Source of the DNA: a virus
Taxonomy: Duplodnaviria; Caudoviricetes
Reading direction: 5' to 3' (one strand)
Virus record (IMG/VR): IMGVR_UViG_3300007345_000037
Coordinates: 1 to 59,831 of that record
Length of the DNA stretch: 59,831 nt
This document shows, in pieces, positions 55,112 through 59,831 of this stretch (its first letter is position 1; the number at the start of each line of letters is the position of its first letter). Below the pieces are notes generated by a model that did not search any database, was not told the origin of the DNA, and worked only from the letters and a program-made list of their open reading frames with translations. The position numbers and the translations under genes are program-made.

Positions 55112-55266
55112 TGGTTGACCTCACCGTTGACGATTGTATCGCTATCGCCGCCGCATTGGAAATGTACGCAGGCAAAATCATGCGAACCCACCCTCACCAA
55201 TCCGCTGAAAACCTCGACCTTGTGCGAAAAATCTGGTGGGCGATTGATATGGAGGCTGAATTGTGA
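55111..55266 (+). CDS. Small hypothetical protein
   Basis: TGATG overlap with the upstream ORF (starts MVDLTVDD). Confidence 0.5.
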   Translation: MVDLTVDDCIAIAAALEMYAGKIMRTHPHQSAENLDLVRKIWWAIDMEAEL

Positions 55267-55478
55267 CCGCCTTCCCCCACACCATTGAGTTCCGTGGCTA
55301 CGATTACGACTTCCATAAGATTTACGGATGCCCCGACCAAGCCGCTCTTGAAGCCTCGCTGGTCCGACAGTACGGCATCATCGGCCACGCCCACTATCAC
55401 CGCCGGTCCAAGATTCGGGCCTTCGTCAAAAAATTCCCTCAAGGCTTCGTCGTGTACACCCGTGAGGTGAGTTGGTGA
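55263..55478 (+). CDS. Small hypothetical protein
   Basis: GGAGG SD, GTGA overlap. Confidence 0.55.
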   Translation: MTAFPHTIEFRGYDYDFHKIYGCPDQAALEASLVRQYGIIGHAHYHRRSKIRAFVKKFPQGFVVYTREVSW

Positions 55479-55590
55479 GCATCGACAAATGGCCCCACCG
55501 ACCCTGCCAGCACTGCGGCAAATCCGCTGATGAGATTCGGCAGATTCCCACCATGCACATCGTCCTCGCCTGCAAGAATTGCCTTGAATC

Positions 55591-57051
55591 ATGGAGGACT
55601 CAATGATGGTCACTGTCACTTCCCGCCTGTTCTCGCCGTACCTCCGTGACCGAGCCGAGTCGTACCTCAAAAAGTTCGCCAAGCGAGCCAAGACCCAAAC
55701 GCCCGTCGAATGGCGCATCGACGAAAAGACGCTCACCGGCAAAGTATTTCGGAAAAACCAATCCGGCACATTCCTTGACACCGACGGCACCCGCTACTCG
55801 CTGGCGAAAACGCCCCGAATGATTCGGCTCACCAGCAGCACGCTGACCCACGCTGAACTCACCGCCCTCAATCATCGGCGACCGCTTCCACCGGAAACCT
55901 TCGATGCTCGATACCTTCCGCACCCGATGCTTCAAATTGTCGTGGACTACGAGCCACCCAGCGATTGGCAGGTGGTCGCCGTGTGTGACCCCTCCGACCC
56001 CAACGAGCCGACCGGCTCCCCTGCGATTTGGACTCCGATGTTCGGCGAAAAATTGCCCGAAAGAATCGGTAGGCGCAAATTGCCCGAAAAATTCATCGAC
56101 CACTGCGACCACTGCACCAGCGGTCCACGGCGGCGAAAACGAACCCTCATCGTCCGCTCGCCGAAAGGTCAAACGAAAATCGTTGGTTCGACCTGCCTGC
56201 TCTCGTACACCGGGATATCGCCGGACGACCTCGAAAAATTGATGAATATCGCGACTCGCCCACCTCCCGAAGAGGCTGGCGGCGGGTACTTCGGAGGTCG
56301 TGCCTACACGACCACTCACCCGACCTCGGTCCTCAACGACTTGGTGGCGGCATACGCTCTCAAAAATCGCAACTACCGCTCCGGCATGGGGAGCCTGCTT
56401 CTCAACGGCGTTGCCGAGTTCCACGGCGATGAAGTCGCTGTCGGCGTTGTCCACATGGAAACGAAAAAGTTCACCGAAACCTTCCGCATCGCAAATGTGT
56501 GGCCGAAACGGTTCAAGGGTCGGTACAACATGGAAGACCTCGCCTACCTCGTGGAACCCACGCCCGATTCTCAAATGCTCGCACTGTCCTTCGCCTCGGC
56601 CATCGAAGCGATGAAAGACGACCGGCCCAGCGAATTTTCTCGAAAAGTTCTATCGGTTGCCGAGTCCGGCATGGTGTACAAGAAAACTTGGAATGTGTAC
56701 GCTGGCGCATCATCCCGCTGGCTCAAGACCGTTCACGCTGAATGGTTCGATGCCGTCGAAGAGGCGAAGCCAAAGGAAACCACCAAACGCCTCCCGCATG
56801 ATGTGGGCGAGCGCATCACGGTGAAATGCCGATTCGTTGAACAGCGCATCACACGCAACGGCTACACGCTCACGGAGTTCGTCACCGACAAAAACGAGGC
56901 GATTGTGTCCTTCGGAAAATTCGATTACAAACGCCACGGCCTCAAACCCAACGACCGCATCACGCTCACGGGTACCGTCAAGCGACACGGCTCCTTCAAA
57001 GACAACGAATCCACAACCCTCAACCGGTTGACCGTGGAGGCGAAAGAATGA
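55591..57051 (+). CDS. Zn-binding plus C-terminal OB-fold protein of unknown function
   Basis: CDHC...RRRK...VGSTC and C-terminal VGERITV...ITLTGTVKRHG....STTLNR OB-like pattern. Confidence 0.7.
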   Translation: MEDSMMVTVTSRLFSPYLRDRAESYLKKFAKRAKTQTPVEWRIDEKTLTGKVFRKNQSGTFLDTDGTRYSLAKTPRMIRLTSSTLTHAELTALNHRRPLPPETFDARYLPHPMLQIVVDYEPPSDWQVVAVCDPSDPNEPTGSPAIWTPMFGEKLPERIGRRKLPEKFIDHCDHCTSGPRRRKRTLIVRSPKGQTKIVGSTCLLSYTGISPDDLEKLMNIATRPPPEEAGGGYFGGRAYTTTHPTSVLNDLVAAYALKNRNYRSGMGSLLLNGVAEFHGDEVAVGVVHMETKKFTETFRIANVWPKRFKGRYNMEDLAYLVEPTPDSQMLALSFASAIEAMKDDRPSEFSRKVLSVAESGMVYKKTWNVYAGASSRWLKTVHAEWFDAVEEAKPKETTKRLPHDVGERITVKCRFVEQRITRNGYTLTEFVTDKNEAIVSFGKFDYKRHGLKPNDRITLTGTVKRHGSFKDNESTTLNRLTVEAKE

Positions 57052-57175
57052 ACGAAACAGAAATGATTGAAGAAGCAACACAACGGGCCTTACTGAACCC
57101 CATCCTCCATGTCTTGGAGGCTGATGTAGACTACTACCTCGATGAAGTAAAGCGAGAACAAATGGAGGCGGAAGA

Positions 57176-57697
57176 ATGAGTTATCGGGAAACCCAAATCA
57201 AGAAGTCCAACAACGAAGACAACCCGAACCAAAACAAATGCGCCCAAGCGGTCGCAAAATGGTTGGGCGTTGCCGACAAGGTGCGGTACCTGCACAACAT
57301 GGAAGACCTCGTGCGGGCCTCACGCAAGAGATTTACAGTCCGCAGTCGCTTGAGCGAAGCCAAAAAGTTATTACCGAAAAAGAAACTCACCGTTTCACAA
57401 TTCCGAAAAATCGCACAGGACATATCCGACAAGGCGTATGGTGGCGAAGTCCGCAAGGCTGAATACTATTGTCCCGATAGTGAAAAGTGGTGGATTCAAG
57501 AAACCCGCACCTGCTACGACCCTGCGGCGTTCATCATTCGCACCCCCGACCACGCCCTCGGCCTTGACAGTACAGGCAAGGTCATGGTTGACACATCTCC
57601 CCGAAAGTCCGACAGGCGAACCGTCACGCATGTGTACATGGTTTGCTGGGGCGAGCCGACGAAGACCGAACTCTTTGGAGGTTTTGTCGAAGAATGA
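57176..57697 (+). CDS. Possible papain/C39-like Cys-His-Asp fold protein
   Basis: NKCAQAVAKWLG...FIIRTPDHALGL...VMVDT. Confidence 0.45.
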   Translation: MSYRETQIKKSNNEDNPNQNKCAQAVAKWLGVADKVRYLHNMEDLVRASRKRFTVRSRLSEAKKLLPKKKLTVSQFRKIAQDISDKAYGGEVRKAEYYCPDSEKWWIQETRTCYDPAAFIIRTPDHALGLDSTGKVMVDTSPRKSDRRTVTHVYMVCWGEPTKTELFGGFVEE

Positions 57698-57708
57698 GGG
57701 TAGTAGTG

Positions 57709-57742
57709 TTTAGTCGGGCCACCAGAAACTTTAAATAGTAGG
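57709..57742 (+). promoter_or_regulatory. TTTAGTCG-N13-TATA promoter
   Basis: GTTTAGTCGGGCCACCAGAAACTTTAAATAGTAG, nearly identical to the promoter at 54886. Confidence 0.8.
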
Positions 57743-57811
57743 ACATGGTACTCTATTTGTAAGCGGACAAAGCCGACAACACACCGAAAAAAACAAACAC
57801 TGAAAAAAAAC

Positions 57812-58207
57812 ATGGAAGGAATTATTATGACAAGAAAAATACAGATACCGGAAAACATTGAAGACGAATTTTGGGAGGTCACAGACCCCACCCAATTTGT
57901 GAGAACATACAACGCCCTGCGACGACGACGCAACGATACATTTGACTACCCGAATCGGGCAAGCAACAGCGTACAAATCTCGCTTGGTCACGGCCACTCA
58001 TCCGACGGCTATTGGTTTGACATGACGAACAAGCAGACCGAAGAATTGCTCACCAAACACGCCAACGCAAAACCGAACTCCTTCGCAAATTGCGTTTCAA
58101 ATCCCGCCGTTCGATTCAAGATTTCCCGATGGGACATTTCCGTTTGGCCGTACCACAAAGCCGATTTCACGCTCAACAAGGACAACAATTGGGGGCGTGA
58201 CGAATGA
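57812..58207 (+). CDS. Hypothetical protein
   Basis: First ORF after the 57709 promoter. Start is probably ATG 57827. Confidence 0.6.
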   Translation: MEGIIMTRKIQIPENIEDEFWEVTDPTQFVRTYNALRRRRNDTFDYPNRASNSVQISLGHGHSSDGYWFDMTNKQTEELLTKHANAKPNSFANCVSNPAVRFKISRWDISVWPYHKADFTLNKDNNWGRDE

Positions 58208-58737
58208 GCGAGCCAAAAGTGTACATGGCCTGTTTGGGATGCTACAACGAAGGAAGGCTTCACGGCTCATGGATGGATGCCGACCAATTGGAGGAACGGT
58301 GGGACTACGCCGAAGAACACGACCGCCAAGACAGGGCGGGACACTTCAACAAATGCTCCCGACCTTTCCACGACGAATGGGCGATTCACGATTATGACGG
58401 CGTTCCCAACATGGGCGAGCATCCCGACATTGAGTTCCTCATCGAAGTCATGCGTTGCATCGAAGAACACGGCGACGCATTCTTCCGATGGTTTGAACAC
58501 GACTCATGGAATATGTCGCATCTCAAAGGTGAACTTGAAGACCATTTCCGAGAACAATACTACGGAAAATATGACTCACCCAAAGCGTTTGCCGAAGAGT
58601 ACGCCATCGAAGCCGGTTGGCTCTCAAACAACAACAACAACCCACTGTTCCGCTATGTGGACTTTGAGTGGTATTGGAACGCCGACCTGCGCCACTCTTT
58701 CACCTACTCCAACGGCCATGTGTGGTGTTGCGAATGA
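58204..58737 (+). CDS. ardA: ArdA antirestriction protein (DNA mimic)
   Basis: VYMACLGCYNEGRLHGSW, EWAIHDYD, YYGKYDS..AFAEE, YVDFE...DL and GHVW. Strongly acidic. Confidence 0.9.
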   Translation: MSEPKVYMACLGCYNEGRLHGSWMDADQLEERWDYAEEHDRQDRAGHFNKCSRPFHDEWAIHDYDGVPNMGEHPDIEFLIEVMRCIEEHGDAFFRWFEHDSWNMSHLKGELEDHFREQYYGKYDSPKAFAEEYAIEAGWLSNNNNNPLFRYVDFEWYWNADLRHSFTYSNGHVWCCE

Positions 58738-59078
58738 TTCACATTCACGCCATCAAAACCCTCGGTCAAAACGAAGACAGGGCAGTGTTTCGTGCGCTCC
58801 CCGCACCCGCCGGAGCGGGTCAACTCTTTGACTCCATCATACGGCTGTACAACGACGAAGACCACATCATCGACCTTGAACAAGCCATGAATCAAGTCCT
58901 CGGACTCAGCACCGACAAAGAAACAAAGATTTTCTATTGGTACAAAGTTGACCTTGAGAGCGAGTTCCAATACTCCGCCTTCATCGCCGTCAAAAGTCTT
59001 TCCGAAGCCGACCACAATTGGGCCAAGCAAGAAGCAAGATACCGAAGATGGACTTCCGTGGGAGCGTGTACCCGATGA
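58734..59078 (+). CDS. Hypothetical protein
   Basis: ATGA overlap with the ardA stop (starts MIHIHAIK). Confidence 0.55.
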   Translation: MIHIHAIKTLGQNEDRAVFRALPAPAGAGQLFDSIIRLYNDEDHIIDLEQAMNQVLGLSTDKETKIFYWYKVDLESEFQYSAFIAVKSLSEADHNWAKQEARYRRWTSVGACTR

Positions 59079-59374
59079 ACGGAAGAAAGGATTTGACGAT
59101 TGATATTCTCGAAAAAGTAATTTCCGAGATGATTGGTCCCGAAACCAGCGACGACGGGGTGTACCTGTCCGACCGCAAGATGTGGGTTTCACAGGTCAAC
59201 ATCATACGCATGACATGCCAAACATGCGGCACCGAATTTGTCGGGCCGGACTACAATGTGTATCACATGCTCGCCACGCACGACTTCGGCCACCGCAAGG
59301 AAATGGAAATGGCAGAACTCAACGCTGTGATGGGTGACGACGACGAACCACAAGAAGGGGGTGCAATACTTTGA
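59075..59374 (+). CDS. Small Zn-finger (C2H2-like) protein
   Basis: CQTCG...HMLATH motif, ATGA overlap. Confidence 0.55.
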   Translation: MNGRKDLTIDILEKVISEMIGPETSDDGVYLSDRKMWVSQVNIIRMTCQTCGTEFVGPDYNVYHMLATHDFGHRKEMEMAELNAVMGDDDEPQEGGAIL

Positions 59375-59787
59375 CGACAAAATTAACTTCAAGGTGCATG
59401 GATGAAATGTTCAAACTGATGCGCTACCATTCACGAATCGGGTGCAAGCCCGTACCCTTCACACGCGACGAATTGTACAATTTGATGGAGAAGGTTTGGC
59501 CGTATGTGTCAAAAACGCCACTACGCAACCACTTTCCAACAAACGCAGTGTGGGCGCAGTTCACACGCAAGCAGAACAGCATCATGGCCGACGCCGCCGC
59601 AAATGCTCTCGCCCTTCCCGCCGCCTCCGCCGCCGCCCTCGCCGCTGGCAAGCCAGCCAGCACAAGAATTGTTCCGACAAAACAATGGCGAACAGAATAC
59701 GACGACGGAGTAAAAGTACAACGCCAAACCATTCGCTGGGCAGTCCACCTGCCCCCACATTATAGGGGGCATGGAGGCTCGCAGTGA
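59371..59787 (+). CDS. Hypothetical protein with Ala-rich insert
   Basis: Overlaps the upstream stop. Contains a low-complexity Ala-rich stretch. Confidence 0.5.
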   Translation: MTTKLTSRCMDEMFKLMRYHSRIGCKPVPFTRDELYNLMEKVWPYVSKTPLRNHFPTNAVWAQFTRKQNSIMADAAANALALPAASAAALAAGKPASTRIVPTKQWRTEYDDGVKVQRQTIRWAVHLPPHYRGHGGSQ

Positions 59788-59802
59788 AGTGGTGTGTGTG
59801 TG

Positions 59803-59831
59803 TTTAGTCGCCCTACCAGAAGACTTAAATA
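59803..59831 (+). promoter_or_regulatory. TTTAGTCG-N13-TATA promoter (runs off the window end)
   Basis: TTTAGTCGCCCTACCAGAAGACTTAAATA. Confidence 0.7.

Noticed and set aside
55600-56574. 324-aa minus-strand ORF and other long antisense or overlapping ORFs (e.g. 9826-10410, 31943-32542)
   Set aside because: They are shadows of well-supported genes on the opposite strand, favoured by codon bias, with no SD, promoter or protein motifs.
59588-59650. GCC-rich repeat-like stretch
   Set aside because: Explained by an Ala-rich coding segment in ORF 59371-59787.
1-59831. Provirus, integrase, transposase or reverse transcriptase (DGR/retron)
   Set aside because: No tyrosine or serine recombinase, DDE transposase or RT motif was recognised, and there are no flanking host housekeeping genes.

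Overview
This window is most of the genome of a tailed dsDNA archaeal virus (Caudoviricetes, siphovirus-like). The gene set and archaeal TATA promoters best fit the magroviruses of marine group II Euryarchaeota (Poseidoniales); that host assignment is inference. It has four blocks. (1) 0.3-21.8 kb, + strand: an archaeal-type replisome (minimal MCM, RFC, SSB/RPA-like, PCNA-like, PolB, fused PriS-PriL primase, Cas4-like and ERCC4 nucleases), a GroEL-type chaperonin, a DNA methyltransferase and many small proteins. (2) 21.8-46.7 kb, - strand: morphogenesis genes from portal, prohead protease and major capsid protein to tail tube, frameshifted tail chaperones, tape measure and a 2,278-aa tail protein. 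(3) 47-50.2 kb, + strand: metallophosphoesterase and large terminase. (4) 50.3-59.8 kb: a GC-shifted early region with ArdA and a ~3 kb mostly non-coding tract. The most striking unexplained signal is a hierarchical cis-element system. About 45-50 copies (by-eye count) of TTAGTCG/CGACTAA occupy 51.9-54.9 kb as palindromes, 28-bp iterons and six 37-bp modules forming three ~130-bp inverted cassettes. The same octamer sits 12-13 bp upstream of six TATA boxes. A related 37-bp module, with a 16/16 match to the array, builds a ~165-bp dyad upstream of the MCM operon, and a second copy of that dyad lies between the portal and terminase operons. All protein calls are from motif recognition by eye; no database searches were run.
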